This document shows, in pieces, positions 33,495-44,478 of a stretch of DNA of 64,000 bases. The stretch comes from a virus: the IMG/VR virus record IMGVR_UViG_3300045972_000071, positions 23,618 through 87,617 of that record. One strand, 5' to 3'. How positions within the stretch are numbered: the stretch's first letter is position 1; each line of letters opens with the position of its first letter. The position numbers were made by a program, and so were the translations under genes. A model generated the notes under the pieces. It was not told the DNA's origin. It worked only from the letters and a program-made list of their open reading frames with translations, and did not search any database.

Positions 33495-35609
33495 TTAAAA
33501 TCGTACTAATCCCATATTCATTGCAACAGATAATCCTAACGAACTGCCACCCCCTCCCCCTAAAGAAGCTAAGGCCCCATCATATTTGAATCCTACACTG
33601 CTCCCAGCAAAACATACGGGAGTAGATGTCTTAGGATCTGTTGAAAACTCTACCCAGCTATAGGCTTCACCATTCTGTCCTAGTGCGAATGCGTCAAATA
33701 TAGTGTATGTATCAGGGGATGGTGTTTTCCACCCTGTCCCCTTATCTCCTATATTTGTACCATATATATAAAGTGTTCCCCCGACTACCCCTTGTATTGC
33801 TTCTATACGCAAACGTCTGTTTATCATACTCCAGGGGGATACGTCAATGTATGCATCGGATTCCATATTAAATTTGATAACATCATAATCATCACTATAT
33901 GATACTCGGTACTGTTCAGGAACATATTCTTGGGATGGCCCAAGTAATGCACCGTTATTTGCAGATATTATTCCTTGTATATTCCCATTAGTTTCATCAC
34001 TACCTATCATTATAATATAAAAACCATCTGGGGGCAATACAGTGGCTAAAGTAACAGCATCAGCGTGAGTAGCGGCATAATGGGTCACTTGTGCATTATA
34101 AACAATCGCTGGTATGGCTCTTGAGTATGCTCGGGAATCCAAAGTTATTTGCATACCTATTTTGTCAGTAGTTATACCTTTTACTTTAAAGAAGTTTCCT
34201 AACTCAAAGGTCGTATTTGTCCCTACTGGAAGGACGGCAACATAATTACCTCTATAGTAACACGTACTATCCGAAGCTCCTAGAGGACCAGTGTTTATTC
34301 CTATAAAGGCTCTATCGTCTATCGTATCACGCAACTCATATTTAGAGTTAGGTTGTATCCTTTGTTTCTGCGGGGAACCTAATCGTAGTCCTATACAATC
34401 TTCTGTTACTAATTCTCCGCCAGCATAAGTTCCTGGAACATAACCAAGTCCTATTTGTAAACCATTGACTGGCTGTGCCGTCATAAATATGATACTTCCA
34501 TCTAGTACCACATTCGTGCAATTATCAACAGTGTTCAGTGAGTAAAAAGTACCCCCAAGGTTTGAAGTAAAATTAGTAAAAGTTGTAAGTACCACAGTAT
34601 TAGAACACTCACCTATAACTAACTGTTCCGTATTACCTAGAATAATCAAAGCATCACAAGCGGCACCTGTCCACACTTTCTGAACAGTACCACCAAACAC
34701 CAATGGGAGTGTATTATTATTTTGATTAGCAATGGTTATGTTCTTAATGGAGATTGTTCCTAATAGTTCATGCAAGAACATCGGAACCATTTTAGAATCT
34801 GTATATGTGCAAGAGTACCCTGGGGGCATATTTACATTAGGTGCCACCCAGTACATTTGGGTTGTCTCTTCTTTAAACACCCTTGTGTAATAGTTACGGA
34901 AATCATCATAGGCAATAATGTTAAACATAGGATCTTGCCTATATGTGATCTTACCTTTAGTGTATGCAGACACACCGTTATATCGCTCAACTGATTCAAT
35001 CCTATAATTTATCACATCATTTGGGTGAAGTTCAGACTCTGCCTCTTCTCCAATATAATCTGTAGTCATAGCAGTGACAATTAAAGGTTCATTTCTTCCT
35101 GTCCAGTTAATTGTGTGAGCACCACCTGCATCACCGACATAAGTAGTTGCAAAGTCTGTTATTCTATATCGTTGACCTATCTCAAGAGTTCCAGAAACAA
35201 AATTGCTTATTACACCTTGAGCGCCACTTGATACCCATCCACTCACACTTGAAAAGTGCAAACCTACGAAGCCTGTGAAGCCTGTTATGTTTTCACCAAT
35301 GATGTCAGTGATAGTGAATGTACCATTATTGTTAGTGCCGGTGAAAGTAACAGAATCCCCAATATTATAAGGGTTCGGATTATCAATGAAAACGCTGTCA
35401 AATATAGTACCATAACGCTTTGCAAATCCAAGTATGCTTCGTTTAGCTCCTGTGGAGTGCATGGCTTTGAGTTCGGAATAAGTCACATCCGTTATAGTTG
35501 TTGGTCCACTGCCCCCACCGCCGGCTACTGAATCTACATACTGCTTTGTAGCGGCATGTAGATTTGCAGTAGGATTTGACGGTAATATTATAGGAGTTAA
35601 ACTCTTCAT
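33495..35609 (-). CDS. Putative fibre/spike protein
   Basis: AATKQYVD fibre motif, G..YRITDF.T, beta-helix-like centre; 704 aa. Confidence 0.65.
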   Translation of the reverse strand: MKSLTPIILPSNPTANLHAATKQYVDSVAGGGGSGPTTITDVTYSELKAMHSTGAKRSILGFAKRYGTIFDSVFIDNPNPYNIGDSVTFTGTNNNGTFTITDIIGENITGFTGFVGLHFSSVSGWVSSGAQGVISNFVSGTLEIGQRYRITDFATTYVGDAGGAHTINWTGRNEPLIVTAMTTDYIGEEAESELHPNDVINYRIESVERYNGVSAYTKGKITYRQDPMFNIIAYDDFRNYYTRVFKEETTQMYWVAPNVNMPPGYSCTYTDSKMVPMFLHELLGTISIKNITIANQNNNTLPLVFGGTVQKVWTGAACDALIILGNTEQLVIGECSNTVVLTTFTNFTSNLGGTFYSLNTVDNCTNVVLDGSIIFMTAQPVNGLQIGLGYVPGTYAGGELVTEDCIGLRLGSPQKQRIQPNSKYELRDTIDDRAFIGINTGPLGASDSTCYYRGNYVAVLPVGTNTTFELGNFFKVKGITTDKIGMQITLDSRAYSRAIPAIVYNAQVTHYAATHADAVTLATVLPPDGFYIIMIGSDETNGNIQGIISANNGALLGPSQEYVPEQYRVSYSDDYDVIKFNMESDAYIDVSPWSMINRRLRIEAIQGVVGGTLYIYGTNIGDKGTGWKTPSPDTYTIFDAFALGQNGEAYSWVEFSTDPKTSTPVCFAGSSVGFKYDGALASLGGGGGSSLGLSVAMNMGLVRF

Positions 35610-35618
35610 AATTTATCC

Positions 35619-37037
35619 TTATGCCATCACAACTACACGATACTGACCTGCTGTTGGGGCGACCGAGAAGTTCAGAGTTAATTGATTGACTGTATTAAGA
35701 ACACAGTCAACGGCTACTTCTGCCCACGGAGTTGCGGTCTCATAAATCTTATATGTCAAATCTCTGGTATTCAAACTATGAGTTACCGGAATTGATGTAG
35801 TAGCACCATCTCCGATTGTAGCAGAGTATTTGACAACTGTACCAGTGTTTGTAGTTGCATTCGGGGTAATAGATAATGCTGTTTGCATCTCAGCAACGGT
35901 TAGTGCTTTTGCATCCGCTAACGCACCTGTATTATTACCTACAAATGTGTTCGCCGCTAACTGCTGAAATTTTGCAAAAGTTACCGCATGTGATGCGATA
36001 GTTAATGCCGATGAACCTGTAACATCACCAGTATGGTTAGCGTTCTGATTCTGCAATGAGGCAATCGTCACACCACCATCTTTCAGCAGTTTACCTGTGG
36101 TACCGTTGTACACTGCAATGTAGTCCGTAGCACCAACAGAAGTCGGTCCAAGAACTACACCAGATAGATTACGCTCAATACTGTTCCATTGTGCGCCTAC
36201 TGTGGCTTGATTACCAGATGCCGTACTATCCGTCTTACACATCAACATGTCGCCGGCGTCAACAGCTAGACCACCTGCACCACCTATAAGACCAGCTACT
36301 GATACGACATACATATCACCAGCGCTGGCTGCGGGGTAGTTGGGGTTTGCAGAGCAGTCCAGTACCCCCTTATAAACCAATGCGTTGGCTGCGGCAATTA
36401 ATGTATCTGCATACACCTTAACTGCGTTCTGTGTTGGGACAAGAACGTCACTTGTCCCTAATGCGGTGTTAGTTGAAAGATAGGAAGCTGGCATTGCTCC
36501 GATATCGGAAAGAACAGTAGCATGAGGTACACTGGTGATACCTGTTGATGTCCATTTTGCATATAGACCAGATGTTGCTGTTCCGTTGACTTGGACAGCA
36601 TTCGTAGTGAGTATACCAAACGTCAAAGCAGACTGTTTCGTATCAGCATAAGTCTTAGTCGCTTTCGCAGATGGTACCGTATCGTCCGATGCACTGACCG
36701 ATGTTAAATCATTATCAATCAGCAGTGTTGTGACATCTCCCGCAACACGACCGACAATGCTATTCACTGGGATCGTCAAGGCATTAGGAACACCAGTAGT
36801 TGCCGCGGCAAACAAAATGGACTGGGGCGTGTACAAAGCCTTCATTACTGCGGTGGATAAATCAGGAGCACCGCCCGACCCAGCCCATAGTGTACCGTTC
36901 CAACAATAAAATGTTTTGTCAGAAGTGTTGAAATATATCTGGCCCTCACCAGGTGTGCCTGGTGCTGATGCACTTCCGTGAACAACTGCATTCTTTAACT
37001 GATTTTTATTGAGGTCTATCTCTGTTAAAAATTTCAT
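35619..37037 (-). CDS. Putative fibre protein
   Basis: GQIYFNT, VPSAKA/VPTQNAVK.Y.D repeats, YKG..D, HTGDVTG, VTHSLNT. Confidence 0.7.
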   Translation of the reverse strand: MKFLTEIDLNKNQLKNAVVHGSASAPGTPGEGQIYFNTSDKTFYCWNGTLWAGSGGAPDLSTAVMKALYTPQSILFAAATTGVPNALTIPVNSIVGRVAGDVTTLLIDNDLTSVSASDDTVPSAKATKTYADTKQSALTFGILTTNAVQVNGTATSGLYAKWTSTGITSVPHATVLSDIGAMPASYLSTNTALGTSDVLVPTQNAVKVYADTLIAAANALVYKGVLDCSANPNYPAASAGDMYVVSVAGLIGGAGGLAVDAGDMLMCKTDSTASGNQATVGAQWNSIERNLSGVVLGPTSVGATDYIAVYNGTTGKLLKDGGVTIASLQNQNANHTGDVTGSSALTIASHAVTFAKFQQLAANTFVGNNTGALADAKALTVAEMQTALSITPNATTNTGTVVKYSATIGDGATTSIPVTHSLNTRDLTYKIYETATPWAEVAVDCVLNTVNQLTLNFSVAPTAGQYRVVVMA

Positions 37038-37047
37038 TGGTTACTCC

Positions 37048-37482
37048 TTATGATAAATATGCCATACCTGTAATAGATGCAGAGAACACAATAGTTAATT
37101 GGTTAGCTGAATTATATGTGATGTCCCCTATTGTTTGTTGCTGAACTGAATCAATCACAATGACATTAGGATACTTGTTCATGTTATGGGTGATAACCCA
37201 CGTATTTGTCAGCACCACTTGAGTGTGATCGTATCTATCTAAAGAAGTCCAATTTGTATCAAGGATACCGCCAACAAGCTGGTAGTTCTTAGCATCTGCA
37301 TTGCAATACACAGTCATACCTTCTCTGCGTCTTGCCGCTGGTATAGCATTTCGTGCTGTAGTGTCTGCAACTTCCCTATGACCGCCTTTTCCATAAATAG
37401 AATCATGGGTAGCATAAGTATCAGCAGTATCAGTAGGAGCAACAAATCCTGTTATAGTAACGCTTCCTGGAATAGAAGCCAT
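37048..37482 (-). CDS. Virion structural protein
   Basis: RNAIP..RRREGM.VY and WVITHNMNKYPNV motifs. Confidence 0.65.
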   Translation of the reverse strand: MASIPGSVTITGFVAPTDTADTYATHDSIYGKGGHREVADTTARNAIPAARRREGMTVYCNADAKNYQLVGGILDTNWTSLDRYDHTQVVLTNTWVITHNMNKYPNVIVIDSVQQQTIGDITYNSANQLTIVFSASITGMAYLS

Positions 37483-37490
37483 AAAATCTC

Positions 37491-38345
37491 CTAGCTAGCC
37501 GTTATAGTAACAGCACCAGCTAAAGTGTTCGTTGTTCTATGAACATTATAGTTTGTGGTTACGCCGTTAACATTGGTAACACTCACAGTATACGGAGCTT
37601 CCATCGCAACATTTTGATTACCACCATCTTTGAAAGTAGTTGCTGTTCCAAGAGTAGATGGATAACAGATGTATTTATATCCACCCCCGAGCATCGTATA
37701 AACAGCACCAAATCCGGTTTGTAAATTACCCACTCGCAATGCTTCTATATCTACTTCTGTCAGTGCTGTCAGTGCGGATTCACCAGAGTATACTTTCCAT
37801 CTCCATGTGACTGTTAAAGTGGAAGAGAAAGTCACGGCATTTGTATTGGTTCCTGTGACACTCCATTGATGCGTAGTTGCCGTATTCTTTACAACAGATC
37901 CTATATTTTGAACGGATGAACCAGTGTTACCTAAACCTGTTGCAAGATTGACTGCATTAGTTACATCACGAATCTGTATTGTGTTTGCGGTTATATTTCC
38001 ACTATTTGTAGTGCCCCACGTGAAAGTTTTACTACCTGATAGTGTAGTACCTACTTCAACGGTAGCAACATATCCTGTGTATGTGAAAGAGGAGAATGCT
38101 GGATTTTGATACGGATAAAGTAATGCATCGAACATCTGGGCAATGGTTTTAGCGACAAATGTAGAACCTGCGGCTATACCACCAAAGACACCTGCTGTTG
38201 GTGTGGCGTTTGAATATGTGGGAGCTGGGGTAACAATGGATGATACAGGTAACTGAACAGACACACCATTTTGAACGGCATACACTACCTCTGTACCTGT
38301 CAATGTACCAGCTAATGGTTTTTGAGATAGTTTTTGATCGCCCAT
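37491..38345 (-). CDS. Virion structural protein (Thr-rich, Ig-like)
   Basis: LLYPY..P.F, beta-rich composition. Confidence 0.65.
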   Translation of the reverse strand: MGDQKLSQKPLAGTLTGTEVVYAVQNGVSVQLPVSSIVTPAPTYSNATPTAGVFGGIAAGSTFVAKTIAQMFDALLYPYQNPAFSSFTYTGYVATVEVGTTLSGSKTFTWGTTNSGNITANTIQIRDVTNAVNLATGLGNTGSSVQNIGSVVKNTATTHQWSVTGTNTNAVTFSSTLTVTWRWKVYSGESALTALTEVDIEALRVGNLQTGFGAVYTMLGGGYKYICYPSTLGTATTFKDGGNQNVAMEAPYTVSVTNVNGVTTNYNVHRTTNTLAGAVTITAS

Positions 38346-38348
38346 TTT

Positions 38349-38615
38349 CTACTCCAACACTAGGTATGTACCATCTTCACAAAGCAGAAACGAATTATCT
38401 TCACAAAGAAGGATGAACCAATTCCTTATATCACTGATGAACTGTGTTACTATTTCAGAGTAGACAGCCCCAAATTGCGCTATCACAGAGTAAAGGGAAC
38501 CCGCAAATGACGCTGTTGAAAGAGAAATGCTACTACTGATATGCTCAGAATTTTTTGAAGCAGGCACCGAGCTTTCTGCTTGCTCACTTATTCTGATCTG
38601 TCCTTCATTTATCAC
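38349..38615 (-). CDS. Hypothetical protein
   Basis: C-terminal LLCED repeats; coupled. Confidence 0.55.
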   Translation of the reverse strand: MINEGQIRISEQAESSVPASKNSEHISSSISLSTASFAGSLYSVIAQFGAVYSEIVTQFISDIRNWFILLCEDNSFLLCEDGTYLVLE

Positions 38616-39040
38616 CTTGTCACCTGCATAACCATTGTAACAGCACCGCTGAACGGCATAAATACGAATCCAGTAGTATCTTCAATCTCTACATCGTAGA
38701 CATATGGACCTTTACCGATTGTATCGGTAGTTGCTGCCTCAAGAATAAGTAAAGCGTAGCACTTACCTACAGCATCAGTCTGCAATGCGGCTATTTGTGC
38801 TGTAGTTAAATGGCATCTTCCTGCCGTCATTGCGGCTAGAACACCAGTATTATTTAGAATGGAAACTGTGAATGATGTAATGACATCAGCAGAGGATGTT
38901 TTCTTACGAATCTTGCCACGTACACCGGCTGTTCCACCAGTGTATGTAGTCATATTCAAAGGTAGTCCGTTGACATCCTTTACTAGGATTAACCACTCAA
39001 ACGTGGAACCTTGAATAATTTCTATATCTTGAATCGTCAC
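38612..39040 (-). CDS. BppU-like/baseplate-type adaptor domain protein
   Basis: I.QGSTF...KD..G.P.N.T....R....YVYDVEI...G.V...VTR; GGAGG RBS, GTG start. Confidence 0.6.
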   Translation of the reverse strand: MTIQDIEIIQGSTFEWLILVKDVNGLPLNMTTYTGGTAGVRGKIRKKTSSADVITSFTVSILNNTGVLAAMTAGRCHLTTAQIAALQTDAVGKCYALLILEAATTDTIGKGPYVYDVEIEDTTGFVFMPFSGAVTMVMQVTR

Positions 39041-39060
39041 GGCGTCCTCCCAGATGTGTC

Positions 39061-39089
39061 ACATTACGATAATTTTCATTTTAGTGCAA
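39061..39089 (-). promoter_or_regulatory. Sigma70-like promoter for the accessory fibre and lysis operon
   Basis: Minus strand TTGCAC-17nt-TAATGT. Confidence 0.6.
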
Positions 39090-39123
39090 GAGTGAATATT
39101 GGTTTACATAGTAGGCCATTCCA

Positions 39124-39474
39124 TTAGAATAACCCACCTACATGTTTTGGCGTACCTAGAATGAATGAGAATGTAGTGGGCGGCGCCGGAAGTAGATTTA
39201 CATTTATCCACTCATACTGATCTGTTCTGACTGTGACCATACCATCGTCAGTGGGCTTTGAATTAAGAACTCCTAGAAAACCCTCAATGTTGGGGCTTGC
39301 TGGGTTAGTCTCTATAGGTCTAGGAAATGAAGTACCTGGACTTGCAAGAGTGTTCAGAGCAACTACTTCTTGGGCCGCCATCTGTAATGCGGGTTTCCAA
39401 TCATAGTAGTCCACACCGTTAGTAGTTGTTTTTACTGCATTCGCTTTATTCAATTCTATTACAAGGGTGGCCAT
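39124..39474 (-). CDS. Hypothetical tail-associated protein
   Basis: AGGAG RBS; 116 aa. Confidence 0.6.
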   Translation of the reverse strand: MATLVIELNKANAVKTTTNGVDYYDWKPALQMAAQEVVALNTLASPGTSFPRPIETNPASPNIEGFLGVLNSKPTDDGMVTVRTDQYEWINVNLLPAPPTTFSFILGTPKHVGGLF

Positions 39475-39482
39475 ACTGTCTC

Positions 39483-42131
39483 CTATTTGGTTTTAAGTTT
39501 GAGTTGGATGTCACTTAATCCTTCACCATATATTGATACATTTTTTAAGAACCCAGACATATTATCACTACTAGGTGCGTTATACCAAGTGCTACCAAAT
39601 TGAAAGAACTGAGCTTGGGCGCCTATAGTGTAGGATCTATCAGTTGTTCCTAATGTACCTTTAGACACCATATTACAATTATTGGTGAAACATCTAATAC
39701 CCACTTTGACTTTTTCTATAAATGTTGTTGATGGGGCGGTGGGGGTTATCTCTGTTAGGTTTTCCCCGTACTGAGAAGCAACCGTATAATAGGCACCATT
39801 CTTATTGTAAATATTTATGGAATATTCATCCGCAGTGTTATTCGTAGTTGAATCAGATATATTAACCGCTATTTGTTGTATGTAGTTTGACTTTATTTGG
39901 CTGACTTCCATAAGAATTGAAAACCTATCCGCAATAATCACGTTATTATCATACAGAGACAAGCGGGAAGCCCCCCTCGTCATAGTAGTTGCCTTTGTGG
40001 GTATATAAGATGTGGCTATGGGGGATTCCTCAACTTGAATACCCCACACACTATATTCCCCGCCATAACTATATCCTGTAAATACAACCGTTGATGCAAC
40101 TGGTTCACTTGTTCCTATTATACTTTGACTTGCCAAAAACACTCTGTACCAACCGTTACCTACAGGTAACATCTCTCCATAATGTAGACCTACGCCCCCA
40201 GCACCCACTGCTGTTATTACGGTACCCGCTAATGGATTCATCTGGATGTACATGTAGTCAGAGAAATCACTATTCCATTTGAAATATGCAGTTATATTTG
40301 TAGCCGACAATGATTTAATATAAAAGGATAATGCTACCGTAGAATTATGAGCGGTATTCATTGTCTGTGTAAGGTCTGACCCTGCACTAATTACACAGGC
40401 ATTCTGTGTACCATCTGGAGATGTAATGAGAGAATGGGTAGTCACGCCTCTGGATATAATCCATGGGGTGTTGTACATATTCTCACTATATTTACAAATG
40501 TTAGTGGATGCTGGTTCTAATTGTATACCTAGACCATCATATATTCTATCTCTTCGTATATCACCCAAAGCGTAATCCCTGAAACTACTAATAGGAGCGC
40601 CATATGTAGGAACATACTCGCTTGTTACAGTACCATACTCTATTTGAGGACAACATAGAAACATAATGGAGTGGGTCGTATTTAGTACCTCTACACTAAC
40701 TTGAGTAAGAGTATTTGCCAGATCAGTATTTTGTCCTGAGAATGATATTCTCCACCATCCATTATCGCATAGAACAGCAACGAGGGAGGTAGCCGCTGAA
40801 AAAGAACCATTGGTTAAGTGAGAGGAAGCTATGGCACCAGATAGGCAGTTAAACTTTACCCCACTCTTTTGATACACACCACCGGTATGCCACGTAATGT
40901 AGAATGATAATTCAGTTACTTCTGTGGATTGAACGTAAACAGATGCATTATGACGGACATCCATTCTAAATCCAGAGTATGCCGCACTATACAAATAGTT
41001 CGATGTAGTAGATGATTGCATCTTATAGGACACTTGATTTATAGGAGATGGAATACTAACAGAAGTTACGGTACCCCCAAATATTGTCCACGAAGCAATG
41101 TCCTCTGCATTAGGAATTAAGTTCATTGCAAGTCTAGTACCTTCAAAACCAGGGACATTATCCGGTATGGTTATTATTTTACCACTATAGTCACGAATAG
41201 TCTGACTTCCAGTTCTGGAGAATGACAAAGGGTTGCCACCATATGAAGTATACATATCCGAGTTTAAATCAAAGTGGTACATTAATCCATCATACTCGTA
41301 TCTATTTATGATAGGATTGGGTATTTCAACTAACTCCATAGGCATTGAAGTTACATCAATATATGGATAAGATAGCGGTGATATTGACTTCATCTTTGCA
41401 TGATATGATTCTAAGCACATATCCTCAGGTGATGCCTTTGTGTCAAATACAAACATCAAATCACCATGAGTGGATAGTTCCTTCTGCATCAGCATCATTT
41501 GCCGTTTTTCTAATACATTCAAATTACCATAAGATATAGCCGTTGATCGTTTTGCTGTCTTTTCTGTACTCCACTCTACCCCACCGAAAGACTCGACTAC
41601 AATATCCCTGGGAACAAACTGAAAACTAGGATCCCAAGCAATGTTGATGTTTGTCTCTAATCCACCACCAATCCATATTTTATAAATTTCAACATACCCA
41701 TTTGGATTACCTGGATCTTCAATGAACACGTCCCAACACCTTGCATAAACATCATATGGAGTTACATGTATCCATGTGTTAGGGCATATACTTGCCTGCT
41801 TCATATTAAATTCTTGAGGTACTGCTTGTATCTGACCTGAATCGTATATAGAATAATTCTGATTTGTACTGGGATAAGCAATGACTCTGATAGTGGCAAA
41901 TAGGGATAGGTTATGACCTATAATAGAAATGCATCTAACTGGTGCTGCCTTTAGTAAACTATTCACATTATTTGCTATATCACCAACGCGGAACTGAGTG
42001 CTGGTAACGAGGGCGTCTGTTGATCTTGCTGGAGGATTGTTATTCTCTTGCATCCAATCAATGTTATTCCAAGACCCACCAGATAATGCTGTATTTGCCG
42101 CTAAATTAGGATATGATAAAAGAACTCCCAT
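39483..42131 (-). CDS. Tail protein with carbohydrate-binding/spike-like domains
   Basis: N-terminal tail domain; two NL..E..W...GWWR/GWYR...Q.E.G..TSYIPT modules. Confidence 0.75.
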   Translation of the reverse strand: MGVLLSYPNLAANTALSGGSWNNIDWMQENNNPPARSTDALVTSTQFRVGDIANNVNSLLKAAPVRCISIIGHNLSLFATIRVIAYPSTNQNYSIYDSGQIQAVPQEFNMKQASICPNTWIHVTPYDVYARCWDVFIEDPGNPNGYVEIYKIWIGGGLETNINIAWDPSFQFVPRDIVVESFGGVEWSTEKTAKRSTAISYGNLNVLEKRQMMLMQKELSTHGDLMFVFDTKASPEDMCLESYHAKMKSISPLSYPYIDVTSMPMELVEIPNPIINRYEYDGLMYHFDLNSDMYTSYGGNPLSFSRTGSQTIRDYSGKIITIPDNVPGFEGTRLAMNLIPNAEDIASWTIFGGTVTSVSIPSPINQVSYKMQSSTTSNYLYSAAYSGFRMDVRHNASVYVQSTEVTELSFYITWHTGGVYQKSGVKFNCLSGAIASSHLTNGSFSAATSLVAVLCDNGWWRISFSGQNTDLANTLTQVSVEVLNTTHSIMFLCCPQIEYGTVTSEYVPTYGAPISSFRDYALGDIRRDRIYDGLGIQLEPASTNICKYSENMYNTPWIISRGVTTHSLITSPDGTQNACVISAGSDLTQTMNTAHNSTVALSFYIKSLSATNITAYFKWNSDFSDYMYIQMNPLAGTVITAVGAGGVGLHYGEMLPVGNGWYRVFLASQSIIGTSEPVASTVVFTGYSYGGEYSVWGIQVEESPIATSYIPTKATTMTRGASRLSLYDNNVIIADRFSILMEVSQIKSNYIQQIAVNISDSTTNNTADEYSINIYNKNGAYYTVASQYGENLTEITPTAPSTTFIEKVKVGIRCFTNNCNMVSKGTLGTTDRSYTIGAQAQFFQFGSTWYNAPSSDNMSGFLKNVSIYGEGLSDIQLKLKTK

Positions 42132-42132
42132 A

Positions 42133-44478
42133 CTACCCCCATACCGTAAATGTTACTTCATCACTACTAAAATCAAAACTTATTCCAATTAAGGTGTAGT
42201 TCTTGGTCATGTAAAATCTATTGAAGTTAATGTAAATTACATCTTTTCCCATAGTAGGAAATAATGAACCTAATGCACTTCTATGTGCCCTTACTGTGTA
42301 TGTATTTGAATTGCTTCTTAAGGTTAATTGCCGTGTTGCCTCTAATTCAGCAGAAGTTCCATCTACAAAACAAGAGTCAAAAGTTAATGCTGGTGCCATT
42401 GGATGCATTATCTGAACAGTAGGAGATGTCTTTACGGCTGTTTGATACTCCATGCCCAATAAAGCTATGATAGCTAAATCCGGAGTTGTTCGGAACGACC
42501 TACTTCCATAAGGACCGTAACTGGACATGATTAGACCGAATGGTCCACCACTAAACATGTAATTTGAATTATAATTAGTTAGGGTTATAAACTCCCATGA
42601 TACACCGTCGGATGAAATTGCATATGTCTTACTTGGATTAGTTGTAGCCATGGCATAAAAAGTGCCATCATAAAAATACATTCTTGTGTAAGTATTTAAT
42701 GAACTAACGGTAGTAGAAGTCCATGTTAATCCATTGTCTTTTGATATGGCAATAGTACCACTAGATTCATGGGCAATGAACATTCCATTACCGTAGCAAA
42801 CCGATACCCATGAAGTTCCTGTTGGCAATGTTCTAATAGACCACGTTGCTCCATAGTTACTGGAATATGCATATCTATTAGTACCTGTTTCAAGAATGAT
42901 AGCGTATGTGCCTTCATTATGTGCAATCTTAGACCAGTTACCACTTGATGTGGTTGTATTCCATGAAGTGTATGTTCCTGTACCAGAAAAATACAAATTA
43001 GATGTGCCTGGGGCAGAGGCAATGAAATACATACCATTAAATACTAAATTATCCCACACAAACGAACCTGGTAATGCAGTAACTACCCAAGACACTCCGT
43101 TGTTGATTGAATATGCCACACTATTTGTGTTTATAATGACAAATCTATCTCCGCCATAAGCGATAGCTCTAGGAGTAAAAGGAGCCGCGGTAGATAGTAA
43201 TGTAAGGCCACCATCAACTACAGAAGAGTAAACGGTCGTGCCTGTAATGAGCATAAACATACCATTACCATACACCCCTATGTAAGTACCATATGCATCA
43301 AAGTTTTTTTCCTCCATACCCACGGCACCTAAAGTAGAAGGATCTTGTTTTGTATAGTTACGGGAATGATTTATAGTGACACTCCAGCAAGGAAGTCCCC
43401 TGCCCTCATCATTATTTACTACTTTTTGAACATCCAGGATACTGTTAGCGTTTAAAGAAATGTACGGAGTATCGGCACTGACATCCTTCAATATGCCCAG
43501 TCTATAATTACCCACTAGAGGATTGACGCCCCACCAACCACCGATACTGCTCATTAATTTATCTACCGCAGTTTTAATCGTCATATCCTCAGTTACATAT
43601 AAACCAACAGTAGCTCCGTTATCTGTACCTAACTGAGTTAAATCAGTTCCACTTATGGACGCTCCTACAATGTTCGACAAAATTTCGTATACACAGTCTG
43701 CGGTTCCTGTGTATGTGCCAGTACCATTGCTAGTTACATCCATAGTGACTACACCAATAGGTGTGTTAGATAGACGAACATAGTTTGCTGTGTAATTATA
43801 ATATCCAGGTACTGGCTCTTTTGACATGAGTTCCGTCATATTTACAGACTCACCTTGTAATATAGGCACCCCTTTATCTTTCACACTATTAATCACGGCA
43901 CCTGCATTTATACCAATCCCAGTATTTTGGGCAAACTCATAAATGAGTTTAGACTTATTTACAAGAATGGGCGTGATATTTTTACATGTACCGTATATTA
44001 ATGGTTTATTCTTCCCTTTTAACTCTATAGAACCTTCTAATCCATCTGGTTCTGCATTATTACCCAGATACTTCTGAGTTTGTAAAGGAACATCTGTTTT
44101 AAATTGAGGATCTTTAATCCTTATTTCTACCTCAGTATTTGAAAATACAGGTAATTCCATAACGAACTGTAGTGTCCATTTAGTCCCGGTAACAACATCC
44201 CATTCCTGTATAGTAACAGTCTGCCCATCTATACCATATCCAAGAAGATAATCCAGTTGTCCATCTGGATTAGTGAGTGTGATACTTCCATATCCTATTT
44301 TTGATTGTCCTGAGGTTCTACCACCGTCAAACAATGCGTTTGTCATTATACCAGGGTGTTTGAGTCTGGCTTGAAACCATTCACCACCCCAATACACCCC
44401 AGAACCGGAGAAGTGTCTATATGACACTTCCCCTATGTAATTCAATAATGTCATTGTTACAAGAAAGTCATTTATCAT
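42133..44478 (-). CDS. Tail tip/hub protein with an inserted beta-propeller
   Basis: LKGKNKPLIYG..KN.TP; repeated YGNG.F.A...S.DG.TW (Asp-box-like); follows the tape measure. Confidence 0.75.
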   Translation of the reverse strand: MINDFLVTMTLLNYIGEVSYRHFSGSGVYWGGEWFQARLKHPGIMTNALFDGGRTSGQSKIGYGSITLTNPDGQLDYLLGYGIDGQTVTIQEWDVVTGTKWTLQFVMELPVFSNTEVEIRIKDPQFKTDVPLQTQKYLGNNAEPDGLEGSIELKGKNKPLIYGTCKNITPILVNKSKLIYEFAQNTGIGINAGAVINSVKDKGVPILQGESVNMTELMSKEPVPGYYNYTANYVRLSNTPIGVVTMDVTSNGTGTYTGTADCVYEILSNIVGASISGTDLTQLGTDNGATVGLYVTEDMTIKTAVDKLMSSIGGWWGVNPLVGNYRLGILKDVSADTPYISLNANSILDVQKVVNNDEGRGLPCWSVTINHSRNYTKQDPSTLGAVGMEEKNFDAYGTYIGVYGNGMFMLITGTTVYSSVVDGGLTLLSTAAPFTPRAIAYGGDRFVIINTNSVAYSINNGVSWVVTALPGSFVWDNLVFNGMYFIASAPGTSNLYFSGTGTYTSWNTTTSSGNWSKIAHNEGTYAIILETGTNRYAYSSNYGATWSIRTLPTGTSWVSVCYGNGMFIAHESSGTIAISKDNGLTWTSTTVSSLNTYTRMYFYDGTFYAMATTNPSKTYAISSDGVSWEFITLTNYNSNYMFSGGPFGLIMSSYGPYGSRSFRTTPDLAIIALLGMEYQTAVKTSPTVQIMHPMAPALTFDSCFVDGTSAELEATRQLTLRSNSNTYTVRAHRSALGSLFPTMGKDVIYINFNRFYMTKNYTLIGISFDFSSDEVTFTVWG

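Noticed and set aside
31413-44478. Diversity-generating retroelement or invertible fibre cassette
   Set aside because: No reverse transcriptase, invertase or template/variable repeat pair noticed by eye; a self-dotplot would be decisive.
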